Positions 25,343 through 36,577 of a stretch of 64,000 nt of DNA are shown piece by piece. How positions within the stretch are numbered: the stretch's first letter is position 1; each line of letters opens with the position of its first letter. Origin of the DNA: Pseudogymnoascus verrucosus (lineage: Eukaryota); assembly GCA_001662655.1 (NCBI GenBank), contig KV460235.1. One strand, written 5' to 3'. Position numbers and translations under genes: made by a program. The notes beneath the pieces were generated by a model. That model did no database searches. It worked only from the letters and a program-made list of their open reading frames with translations, and had not been told where the DNA came from.

Positions 25343-26525
25343 GGTGGTGGTGGTGTTGGTGTTGGCTGGTGATGGTGATGCCGTCGTGATAGTGCTGGCG
25401 ATAGTGGTTGTGTCGTCTGTTTTGTTTATAACACCTCGGTTTGAAGCTGGTAGGTTCTTCTAGATCATCATCGTCGTCTTGCCAGTTTGTCTCACCCTCG
25501 CGGCTGACTGCATGAGCTGATGACTGCAGGGTTAGTGGTTAGTTTGGGAAGGAAGAACGTGGTAGTTGGGGATATTTAGGTTTTGGCAGCAGCTACTGAT
25601 GTATGTAGTTGTTGCCTAGAAGAGAAGGGAGGGACTAAAATAAGATATTTAACTACTACTATTTACAACAACAAAGGTCTTTCTTGTCTTTATTAGGAAG
25701 AAATGACGTTCTAGTGGTGATATCCAATCCATTCCCGCTCTAGCTATAGAATTTATACTTATTTTGTTCTTTATTCCTTGTATTTCCTTATTTCCTTATT
25801 TACTTACTGACTTACTACTGACTTACCACTGACTTACTACTAACCCATCAACTCACCTACGTCTTTCCTTCCGATTCCGGTAATTCCCACAAAGAAGATG
25901 TCACCGATTTATTTGCTTCTCCACGGCGGGGTAGGCCTGAGTCGGCCTGGTTGGTCCTGGTTGGTCCTGGTTGGCTGGGAGTCTGAGCGTGTCCCAGCGT
26001 GATTCACCGTTCTCTTACCTTCCAGAATCGGGGTACTGGAGAGAATAACCTCAACTTTACGTATATTTACGTTTTCCAGCACCAATAACCTCCAATCCCC
26101 CCAATAGCCCGCGATTAAGCGCTGTACAATGCACGCGTGCCAATTAATTTTCGGGTCACTCCAATAAATTTCGGAGATCGGACCCCGGAAACCTGTCCCG
26201 TGCCTGCGTTTTTTGCTGACTTACCCACATACCACATGCTACCTCTACACTCTACCCGCCGTTGCGTTATCGTGCTTGTACTTTCCTTTATCGGAGTTGT
26301 CCCACTATCCCAAACTATCCCACTAAGAAAAAGTCCGCTTCAACTTCTGACTCTTTAACCCCGCACAACCACTACCTTTCCACCCACTTTACTCATCCAC
26401 CTACCCTCCTCTCAAAAAAGTGTCATATCCCGCAATTCATCTTCTCACAAAACTCCCCTTCAACTCTCCCTTCAAAAACAATCCTCTGTACATACTCACT
26501 CACACACACACAAACACACGCAACA

Positions 26526-27554
26526 ATGGCAACTGAACTCCCCGTCCTCGGCGCCACTGCCACCAACGGCGCCAATGGCTCCCCCACCGACTCCTTCACC
26601 GTTAAGACCGGCCTAGCCCGTATGTTGCAAGGCGGCGTGATCATGGACGTCGTCGACGCCGCGCAAGCTCGCATCGCCGAGGAGGCCGGCGCCTGCGCCG
26701 TCATGGCGCTCGAGCGTGTCCCCGCCGATATCCGCGTCGAGGGCGGCGTGGCCCGCATGTCGGACCCGAAGATGATCAAGGAGATCATGGCCGCTGTCAC
26801 CATCCCCGTCATGGCCAAGGCGCGCATCGGTCACTTCGTTGAGTGTCAGGTACGCTCCCATTAGCCCCCCCCTTCACTCCCCGTCGCTCCCCTCACCCCA
26901 CCATGCCACCGACCATACCCCGCTAACCCCGCACCTTTCCAGATCCTCGAAGCCATCGGCGTCGACTACATCGACGAGTCCGAAGTCCTCACCCCCGCCG
27001 ACCACGCCCACCACGTCGAGAAGCACCCCTTCACCGTCCCCTTCGTGTGCGGGTGCCGCAACCTGGGCGAAGCCCTCCGCCGCATCAGCGAGGGCGCAGC
27101 CATGATCCGCACCAAGGGCGAGGCCGGCACCGGTGACGTCGTCGAGGCCGTCCGCCACATGCGCACCGTCAACGCGGAGATCGCGCACGCCTCGCGCATG
27201 TCGGATACCGAGCTGCGTGTTCTGGCGAAGGAGATTGCTGCGCCGTTTGAGCTGCTTAAGGAGACGGCTAAGTTGGGTCGTCTGCCTGTGGTTAACTTTG
27301 CGGCGGGAGGTGTGGCGACACCGGCGGATGCGGCGCTGATGATGCAGTTGGGTTGTGATGGTGTGTTTGTCGGGTCGGGTATCTTCAAGTCGGGGGATGC
27401 GGCGAAGAGGGCGAAGGCTATTGTGCAGGCGGTTACGCACTTTAAGGATGCGAAGATCTTGGCGGAGATCAGTGAGGATTTGGGTGAGGCGATGGTGGGG
27501 ATTAATGTTGATAAGATGCCCGAGAGCGAGAAGATGGCTGGAAGGGGGTGGTAG
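26526..27554 (+). CDS. PDX1: Pyridoxal 5'-phosphate synthase subunit Pdx1/Snz1
   Basis: [56 protein letters not shown] and [19 protein letters not shown]. Intron 26850-26942. Confidence 0.98.
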
Positions 27555-27986
27555 AGAAGTTATGGTGGGTGGGTTGGCAGGCAGGCAGGCAGGCATGTGG
27601 ATTGGAAAATGAGACAGGTGTTAAAAAGGAGGTCATCCCTATAGTTGCAGATCCTTGCATTTTCAGAAATAGAAGCGTTGAGTGACTATAATGTTTGAAT
27701 AGAATAGGTCGTATATACTCAACGAGCTGGCTGCCTGGGTTCATGTTTTCCTTTCTGTATGCCTGGTTGAAGATTGTATTATCAGATGGTCGTTTTGAGT
27801 TGAGGTTGACCCCAGCAGTCACCCGACCAAGTGTGTTATGGTTAAATTTTGTAAAATAACTAACTGTTTCATTGATGTTCATAATGCGTCTATATACAAA
27901 CATACCAACCACTCCCCGACAAATACCTCCAACCAAAAAACACACACACAAACGCCCCCTCCCCCTCCCCCATCCCCTCACCACAC

Positions 27987-29441
27987 CTACAAAATCTCCT
28001 TCAACTTCTTCTTCTGCTCCCCCGTCAACGTTCCCGGAAATTTAACATTATATCTGACCACGAAGTTCCCCCTCCCGCCCCCCTTCTTCGGCATCCCCAG
28101 ATCAGGGTACGTATCGTTGCTACCCGGCTGCGTCGGGCCGCCTTTGTCGATGACGAGGTTCTTGCCGTCGATGGTGGTGACGGTGCGTTTCCAGCCTGTG
28201 AGGGCTTCTTTGAGGTCGAGTTCGAGGGGGAGGACTATGTCGTCGCCTTCGCGGGTGAAGAGGGGGTGGTTTTTCTGGTTTCAGTCCGTTAGCTGCTGTG
28301 TTCTATACGTAGTACAATGGAATGGAATATGAGAATGGGAAGGGAAGGGAAGAAAAAATAAAAAAAGAGAAGCAAGAAAATGGGAAGTCTCGCTCACCTC
28401 CTCAACAATAAAATGCAAATCCTGCCTCCCCCCCTCCTCCTGATCCCCCACCCCCTGAAACTTAATCTTACTCCCCTTCTTCAACCCGGGCTTAATATCC
28501 ATCTCCAAAATCCTATCCTTCGTCGTTCTCTTCCCGTCCGCATCAAACGTCTTCTGCTGGAACTTCATCTTCTTATGCGTCCCCTTAAACAGATCCTCGA
28601 GGGATATCGGCAACGGTCGCTCGACGACCGTGACTTCGGGCTCGACAGCCTGGCGGCGCGCGGCTTGCGGGCCGCTGCCGGGTTTGGTGCGTGTGCGTGG
28701 CATGCCGCCCCCGCCGCTGGGGCCGCCGAAGGAACTACCGAAGAGGTCGTCCATTCCTTCCATCCCTCCTCCCCCGCCGCCCATACCTCCCCCGCCACTC
28801 TGTCGCAGAAACTCCTCAAAAATACTCTGCGGATTATTAAAATGGAATGCGCCACCTCCCGCCCCTCCGCCTCCCCCAGTCGAAAAATGGAAAGTCCTCG
28901 CCCCTCCCCCTCCGGGCATTCCACCCATCCCGCCGAAACCGCCGGGCATGCCACCCGCGCCCGCACCAGCATACTGAGGACCCTCGCCCGGCTCTGGCGG
29001 TGGAGGACCGCCGCGGAGAAGGAACTCGAGACCGTATTGGTCGTAGGTCTTGCGCTTTTCGGGGTCGGAGAGGATTTCGTAGGCTTGGGAGACTTCTTTG
29101 AATTTCTCCGAGGCTTGGGGGTTGTTTGGGTTTTTGTCGGGGTGGTGTTTCATTGCTGATTTGCTGTTGCGGGATGGTTAGCTTGTGTGTCGTCTGTTTG
29201 TTTTGTGCTGGGGAGAAGGGAGGGGTTGACGGCGGGAGAGGGGTTGGGAATGGGGTAGTTCGGGAGTTGAGAATGGGGTGGTTTTTTGGGAGTTGAGGTT
29301 GAGGCTGGAAGTGCTGATGGTGATGGAGGGGGAGGAGGAGGGGTAACTCATGACGACCTACCGATACGCCTTCTTAATCTCATCCTGCGTCGCCTCAGGC
29401 TTAATCCCCAGCGCCGAGTACAACTTCGTCTCCGCCACCAT
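27987..29441 (-). CDS. SIS1: Class II J-domain protein (Hsp40), Sis1/Psi1 type
   Basis: J domain MVAETKLY...[16 protein letters not shown], a G/F- and G/M-rich linker, and a C-terminal domain ([23 protein letters not shown]); no zinc finger. Introns 29164-29361 and 28275-28397. Confidence 0.92.
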
Positions 29442-29868
29442 CTTCTCGATTTCCGATCCTGCGCGTTTGTCTATCCCTTCGTCAGGGTCTCAAAGGGTCG
29501 TTCGTGGTCGTCAACCTAGCCCGTCCGTACGTAATCGATAAGTCCCCCAAACTGAGAAACGCAACAGCGAATGTTCTTTCTCTAAACAAATCTCTCCCTT
29601 CTAGCGATTCGTCAAAGAGCGCAGAAGAGGATGTATAAAAGAGTGAGTCAATGGTTGTGCGTGTAAATCTCACAGCAAAAAAAAAATCGTCATGCGTGAT
29701 GGTGGTTGCTTTCAATTGCTGCCCGATTTATATATGGGAGGAGGTATATTATACCTTGGTTGCGGGCGGGTGGCCTGTCAGATAACCACCCTTCCCCCGC
29801 TATTTCAAGAATCCCGTGCCGTGCACCACGCACCGGTGACGTCTGGGCTTTCTTGGGTCGTCTTCCTC

Positions 29869-29903
29869 CGAAAATGCTGGAAGCCAAGCGAAGCTACGCG
29901 AAC
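29869..29903. promoter_or_regulatory. Putative step-type heat shock element
   Basis: GAA at 29870, 29880, 29890 and 29900 (exact 10-bp phasing), about 430-460 bp upstream of the Hsp40 ATG. Confidence 0.6.
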
Positions 29904-30606
29904 TTATCAGGTTTTTGGGGGAGGAAGAAGATAAGGGGTCACGTGAGGAGATGGTTGCAGTTCCTCTTCAGCGTCCTGTTGACTTTATAACTTTGTCTCC
30001 TTTTATCACTTTATCTACCCCACACGTATACATACAATTCAAATCCAAAGGAAGAATAGAATCTCATATTTCTCTACAGTAGCGGCCTGATCATGAATTT
30101 TAATTTAACTCTTTGCTCCCCTCAACCCTTTCCCCCTCAATGCCCTTCCTCCCCCTCCCCCTTCCCCTCCCCCAAAATTCCAGAGGTGGCTTTAACCCCC
30201 CCCTCCCCCCACTGTAGCGGTAATGCCGGATGCATCTGCATTTGCATTCAATAAAAAAAAACACGATGTCGTCGCCCCCCCCTTTCATCCTCACTCCAAC
30301 ACATCAACATCAACATCGTACTCAAACTCTCTATCCTCTCCTTCTCCCCATCCTCCTACCAACCGACCGACCGACCGACGACCGACGACGACTTGCCCCC
30401 CCCGGAACCAAAGCACCCAGAAAACCCATTGTACTCCGCGAAACAAAAAATAATAAAAACTCAACACCACACTGTCCGTACATAGCATCGTATTTCTCAA
30501 AGTCATCCAAAGCTTCGTTCGTCCGACCTTGTTCCTCCGCCCCCGCCTCAGCAGCCAGTCCTGAACCACACTTGTTTGCTTGACAAAAGTTCGTGGAGAC
30601 CTACAT

Positions 30607-32565
30607 CTACTGCGGCGCGATGTTCTTGTAGCACCAGATGCGCGCGCGCATGTCGCCGGAGCCGGTGGCAAAGAAGCCGCCCGGGGCGGGGCTGGGCGCG
30701 ACGGAGATGACCGAGTTCTTGTGGCCCTGAAGCATGAGCTGGGTGCTGCCGGTGCGGGGGTCCCAGAATTGGACGCCGCGGTCCTTGGAGCCGGAGAGGA
30801 CCCAGGCTCCGTCTGGGGTGAGGGCGACACTGAGGACGAAGTCCTAGAGAATGTTAGCATATATATACAATAAAGAAGCTGAATGGTGATATTTCTTACC
30901 TTGTGTCCCTCGTAGGTCTTGATGCACCTTCCACCCTTTGGTCCGGTGTTGGGGTGTCCTCCACGTGGGGCCATCAGCTCCCACATCTTGATGGTCCTGT
31001 CCAAAGAACCAGAGACGAGATCCTTGCCATTAGGCGCGAAAGCGACCGAGTAGACGGAATCCTTGTGTCCATCCGGACCCTCGAGGCGCTCGACGAGATA
31101 TCCAGTGGCGATATCCCAGACCCTGACGCTCTTGTCGAGGGATCCAGCAGCGACGTAGCGGGTATCAGGGGAGATAGCAACAGTAGTAACACCATCCTCA
31201 ATGCTGAGAGACATGATGTGGTTGCCGGTCTCGATATCCCACAGGCGGACGGTACGGTCACCACTTCCGGATGCGATGGTGCGGCCATCCTTGGCGAAGT
31301 CGAGGGAGTAGATGTCCTGCTCGTGACCGGCGAATGTGTTGCGGATCTTGCGCGAGGCAATGTCCCAAACGCGGATCAGCTTGTCCTCGGCACCTGTCGC
31401 GAGGTACTTGCCGTCGGGGCTGAAGCAGACACTTCTGATGTACAAGTCTCCAGCCGAGTCGGCTGAATCGTCCTGAAGAACGCAGACCTTCTGTCCGCTG
31501 TGGACATCGAAGATTTGAGCGGATCTGTTGCAGCCAGTGGCTACATACTTGCCATCGTGGCTGAAGCGAACGCAGCAGACGACGCTCTCGTGCTGCAGAG
31601 TGTGGAGCAGATCAACGTCAAGAACCCTTGGAACCTGAGGGTTGAAGATGGCGAACCAATCCGACTCGACCTTCTTCTGGTGGTCTGGGAGGCGCTCGAG
31701 GTCCAGCTCTGCCAGTGCATTTCCGACATTAGCAATGTGCGAGTTGTAAGACGGCCCTGGGATGGGACCTGGTCTCTGCTCGTGATGCTGGGGTCCAAGG
31801 TTTGGCGTCGCTGGGGCACCGGGGCCTCTGGCTGGGCCACGCTTGGCGATCGTTCCTGGTGACGCAGGTGGAGGACCCTGGGAGGGGTAGCCATTTTGCA
31901 CCGGGGGAGGACCATACTGGCCAGCTGGCTGGAATGGACCTTGTGCGGGTGGCGGAGGACCTTGTTGGAGTCCTGGTGGCTGTGGCATCTGGTGTTGTGG
32001 AGGTCCCTGGTCCTGTGGTGTGGGCTGAGGTGGGAGGCCTGGGCCAGCTTGGCCTTGGCCGGCCATGATGCCTCCGAAAAGGTTGCTTGGGCCATGGCCG
32101 ATTGAAGGCGGTGGTGCCTGAGTTGGCCCAACGTGTTGGGGTGGTCCGCCAGTTCTTGACACGGAAGGACCGCCGCGGGCTTCAAGTTCTCTGTGCAGGC
32201 GAGCGATCTCTTCGTCGTACCTAGGCGCTGTCAATACACAAAATTTGTCTGGACGCGATCAAGCAACTTACTTCTGTTTTAAGGCCATGTGGGTCTGTTC
32301 CATTTGATAGACTTTTTCGCGGACCATTTGCATCTCCTGTAACTGCTGCCCGACTGAGGGGAGGTATGGTCAGCGCCATTTCAAAGGCAGGATCAGTCGC
32401 GCGCGCGCGCGCGACTTTTGATAAAAACTTACTGGAGTGTTCATACTCTCCACTCGCTCTCGCCTGAGTCTCAAACTCGGCGCGAACCTGATCGAGGAGC
32501 TCATTCAAGCGCGGGTTTCCAGGCGCAGGGCCCATTCCCCGATGCGCATTATACATTCCTGACAT
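30607..32565 (-). CDS. TUP1: Transcriptional corepressor Tup1/RCO-1 (Tup_N + WD40)
   Basis: [13 protein letters not shown]...[14 protein letters not shown] (Tup_N), a P/Q/G-rich linker, and WD repeats [35 protein letters not shown] and [11 protein letters not shown]. Introns 32354-32432, 32221-32271 and 30844-30899. Confidence 0.97.
32395..32416. repeat. Perfect 22-bp palindrome containing (CG)8, inside TUP1 intron 1
   Basis: AGTCGCGCGCGCGCGCGCGACT is self-complementary. Confidence 0.9.
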
Positions 32566-33377
32566 TATGATTATCGTCGAAAGGCTTCACCCCAGGGCTG
32601 TTGGAAGCTGGAGGCTAGTTATCGAACTGTTGAGTGTGGTGTGAACGACGTCGAGATGACGGCGCTGGATGTTTCGTGGCAGGTGGTGCTGTCGCTATCG
32701 CATGTAGATGGGAGTTTGTTGCGGAAGGCGAAAGGCGATCAGGAGAGGTGTGGACGGAAGCGTGATTTCTGGTGAGCCGGTGATAGCGCGCCAAACACAG
32801 AAGTATCGAAAGTTAAAAGGCGACTTTTAACCTTTGGTGGAGATGTCGATTGAGTGTTCAGGGTCGGCGACAGAGTGTGATGTGGTCGGGTGTGGAGTCA
32901 AACGCGGACGTCACAACAGTGGGTGGAATGAGGCTGAGAACTCGCGCGGTCTCAAGCGTTGCCTCGCGACAACACAGCAACCGCAGCTAAACTAAGCCCC
33001 CACGGGCGAAACACAGATGAGTGATGGGAGATGTTTGAGTGAGGCCTGATATAATCGGGCGCAAGCTTTTTTGGTGATGGAAGCGGACGAGAGAGTAGTG
33101 AAGTGAGATGGAGTAAGTTGTTGGGGTAGTTTGGAAGAGTTGAGAAAGGTGGAGAGAGAGAGAGAAGAGGTTTAGAAACGGACAGACCCAAGATACTCTT
33201 AGTGTGCAGAGCGAGGGAGGGAGGGAAGAGAGAGACGGAGAAAGAGAGACTAACAATTACGGGACTGGGGGGGGTGTGGGAAGGTGGGTGTGGGTTGTGG
33301 GAGCGGGCGCACGCTAGGACTGAATGGGCTAGTGGGAGTTAGGGGGAGTTACGAGTGGGAGTGGGAGTAGTGGGAGG

Positions 33378-33449
33378 GAGTAGTGAGAGTAGTGAGAGTA
33401 GTGGGAGTAGTAGGAGTAGTAGGAGTAGTAGGAGTAGTAGGAGTAGTAG
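33378..33449. repeat. 9-bp minisatellite (GAGTAGTRR)x8
   Basis: gagtagtga x2, gagtagtgg x1, gagtagtag x5. Confidence 0.9.
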
Positions 33450-34320
33450 GAGGAGTACCACTAGGACCCAGGACGAAAGGACGACTCTACCACTACTAGC
33501 ACTACTAGCAAGACCCAGGACGACCTAATAACAGTCTACTATAGATGTTGGGTTTTGTGGTACAAGGAGTAGGAGTACATGGTCTAACTACAGTAAATAC
33601 AGTAATAGTAAATATAGGATAGAGTGCCATAACACAGTACAATTTACAGTATGAGTACGATGGCAGTATTACGGGAGTATATCGGCATGGGTGTTAGTAT
33701 GGGCGTTAGCATACTGTACGTGTTAGTATGGGTGTTAGTTATTAGGAGCAGTACCGCCGACTGGTGTAGTAGTAACTTTCATGGTTGTGGGTGGTGCACC
33801 GTGCATACCAACAGTAACAATACTATACGATCTCTGCTACTCTACTATTATACTACTGTACTCCGCACTGCGTGTTGTACGTGTGTGGTACTGTATAGAA
33901 AATAGTATAGCAGTAGAATACACACACAACACATCCCTCCCTCTACCCGCCGTTTGACCCCCGTTTTCCCTCCCCAGGCAAAAACTGTGAAGGTACACCA
34001 TACACTACCCCCCCGTACCACCCGTACCGACAAGGATGGTGGAAGTTACATACATTTACACCCATCTTCTGCTCTAAACTCCCCTAACCCACAACCAGCG
34101 GAAGGGAAAAGGGAAAAAAGGCAAAAAAAAAAGGACGTGTGCGAGGGGAGTAAGTGGGTCCGAGGGGGGGGCGTTGGTGGTGTGTACTATATTCGTACTA
34201 GCCTGGGGGCGTCGGAGCATACTGTAATACTGTATGCAAAGCTAGTTTTGCTTGAGGAGGCTAGGCCGGGTTGGGTGTTAGGGCCGTGTACAGTGAGATG
34301 CAGGGGTCAAGGTTGGTTCC

Positions 34321-34358
34321 GTGTGTGTGTGTGTGTGTTTGTGTTTGTTTGTTTGTGT
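34321..34358. repeat. (GT)n/(GTTT)n microsatellite
   Basis: gtgtgtgtgtgtgtgtgtttgtgtttgtttgtttgtgt. Confidence 0.85.
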
Positions 34359-34999
34359 ACAGACGTCCGGCGGTGGGTATGTATGTCACGCATGAATTAC
34401 TCAGGGCTTATGTAAGGGTGGCTGGGTTGCTTTACTGACAAAGGTGGACTAACGGACTTCTAGCAGTGCCACCTGACTATAATAGACTACGATTAACGAC
34501 ATATCTTGGACTCATTCACGTGACAGACACCCCTACTAAAATATCTCCCCATATCCTAATATCCCACACGTGACCGGCTATCCATTCCCGTCTACCCACC
34601 CCTACCCTCTCCCTCATCAAGTCACGCCACCTCCCAACCCGAGTACGAAAAATCCCAGAGATCGATTGATTAGATAACCAAAAAACGAGGGACACACACT
34701 CCACTCCACTCGACGCGACAGGGGGTCATCTCAATCCGATTCCGTATTCGTACAACAATCTTTCATATTAACCAGGCCCTCCCCCCCTCTCTCCTTCCAC
34801 CTCCTCTTCCTTCCTCCATCACCACCGACAAAAGACCACCATCTTCACTACACACGAAGACAGCACTCCGGCATCCTATTTTCTTTTAAGAAGACCCATT
34901 GGGTTGGCGTTCCTCTACTGATCCGCCATCCACCAGCCGCCTCGGCGCTCTCCTTTCCTCAAAACCAACAACCTTCCGGCTTCCGGCACCGCAGCAGCC

Positions 35000-36146
35000 A
35001 TGGACATCGTCCTCGAAGTCGTCGACACCTTCGCCCTCGACTATGCATACGCGTACCTCCTCCCCGCCGGCCCGGCGCCCTTCGACCTCGCCGGTAGCGG
35101 GCTGAAGAACCAGACTCTCGATACTTTGGCTTCGACGTGGATCTATGAGCCCGCGAGCACGTATCTCAATTTCGCACCGAGCGCGGCGGCGTATATGAGT
35201 GCTTGGCCGCGTGATTATATTTGGAGGCAGTTTATTTCTTTGTTTGCGATTACCTGGTATGCTTCACTCCTCCACCACCCTCCACCACCCTCAACCTCAT
35301 CCCCCACCACCCCCTAAACCACACCCAGCCAGCCAGCAACTGCTAACCCCCTCCCCCAGGATCTTCGGCCTAGCCCTCTACTTCATCGTCGCCACAGCAT
35401 CCTACTACTTCCTCTTCGACCACGCGACCTTCTCGCACCCCAAATTCCTCAAAAACCAAGTCCGCCTCGAGATGACCCAAGCCAACACCGCCATGCCCGT
35501 CATGTCCCTCTTGACCGCCGCCTGCTTCGTCGCCGAATGCCGCGGCTACTCCAAGCTCTACGACACCACGGCCGAGGGGCCGGGGGCGTGGTACAATTTC
35601 CTCCAGTTCCCTGCGTTTCTCTTCTTTACGGATTTTTTTATTTATCTCATTCATCGCGGATTGCATCACCCGGCCATCTATAAGACGCTGCATAAACCCC
35701 ATCATAAGTGGATTATGCCCACGCCATTCGCGTCGCATGCGTTTCACCCGCTCGATGGGTTCGCGCAGTCGATTCCGTACCATGTGTTCCCGTTCATCTT
35801 CCCGCTTCAAAAGGTCGCGTATGTGGGCCTGTTCATCTTCATCAATATGTGGACGATCCTCATCCACGACGGGGAGTTCGTGACGCAGTCGCCGGTGATT
35901 AATGGAGCGGCGTGTCATACGATGCATCATTTGTACTTTAACTATAACTACGGACAGTACTTTACGCTGTGGGATCGCGTGGGGGGGAGCTATAGGAAGC
36001 CGAACCCGGAGTTGTTCTCGAAGGAGAGCAAGATGGGGGCTAAGGAGTGGGAGAGGCAGGTTAAGGAGATGGAGAGGATTCAGGGGGAGGTGGAGGGGGT
36101 AGATGATAGGAGTTATGGCGGGGGAGAGACGAAGAAGAAGATTTGA
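35000..36146 (+). CDS. ERG3: C-5 sterol desaturase
   Basis: MDIVLEVVDTF, HPKFLKNQVRLE, and histidine boxes HRGLH, HKPHH and HTMHH; NYGQYFTLWDR. Intron 35257-35359. Confidence 0.97.
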
Positions 36147-36362
36147 AGAGATGACGACGATGGAGGGGGTTGCTGGGACTGGATGGAGTCCGGGAGAGAT
36201 GATGGTGGTGGAGAGTGACATAGATGTCGTGGTGCGGATGGCGTTTTGTATATTTAATAAGAGGGCGAAGGGAAGTCTATATGCGCGGTGCGCGAGACGT
36301 AATGGGTGGAGATGAAATGACGAAAAATTGTACAAATGGGAAAGTCATCCGCTTTGGTTGTA

Positions 36363-36558
36363 ATAAAATATATATATATACATAGTATTCGCAACTTCTT
36401 ACAAACAGACCGTTTATCCCGATAACTTGACTTCCGATATAATGAATGATACACCGCCCGTGGTTATAAGAATATATATATATACAAGAATACACAACAT
36501 CATATAAACAGACCGTTTATACCGATAACTTCACTACCAATATATTGATACACCACCC
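36363..36558. repeat. Diverged ~100-bp tandem duplication in the ERG3/RAI1 convergent intergenic region
   Basis: Two copies (~36363-36459 and ~36466-36558), each with (AT)n, then AAACAGACCGTTTAT[C/A]CCGATAACTT, then TGATACACC[G/A]CCC. Confidence 0.85.
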
Positions 36559-36577
36559 TCCCTCCCTGTCTCCATGC

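Noticed and set aside
30291..32234. 647-aa ORF taken as the true Tup1 protein
   Set aside because: It starts inside an intron and reads through the last intron. The spliced gene runs 32565-30607.
33378..33449. Short periodic repeats as a CRISPR array or telomere (also 25801-25840 and 46141-46260)
   Set aside because: There are no unique spacers or cas genes, the context is eukaryotic, and the unit is not TTAGGG.
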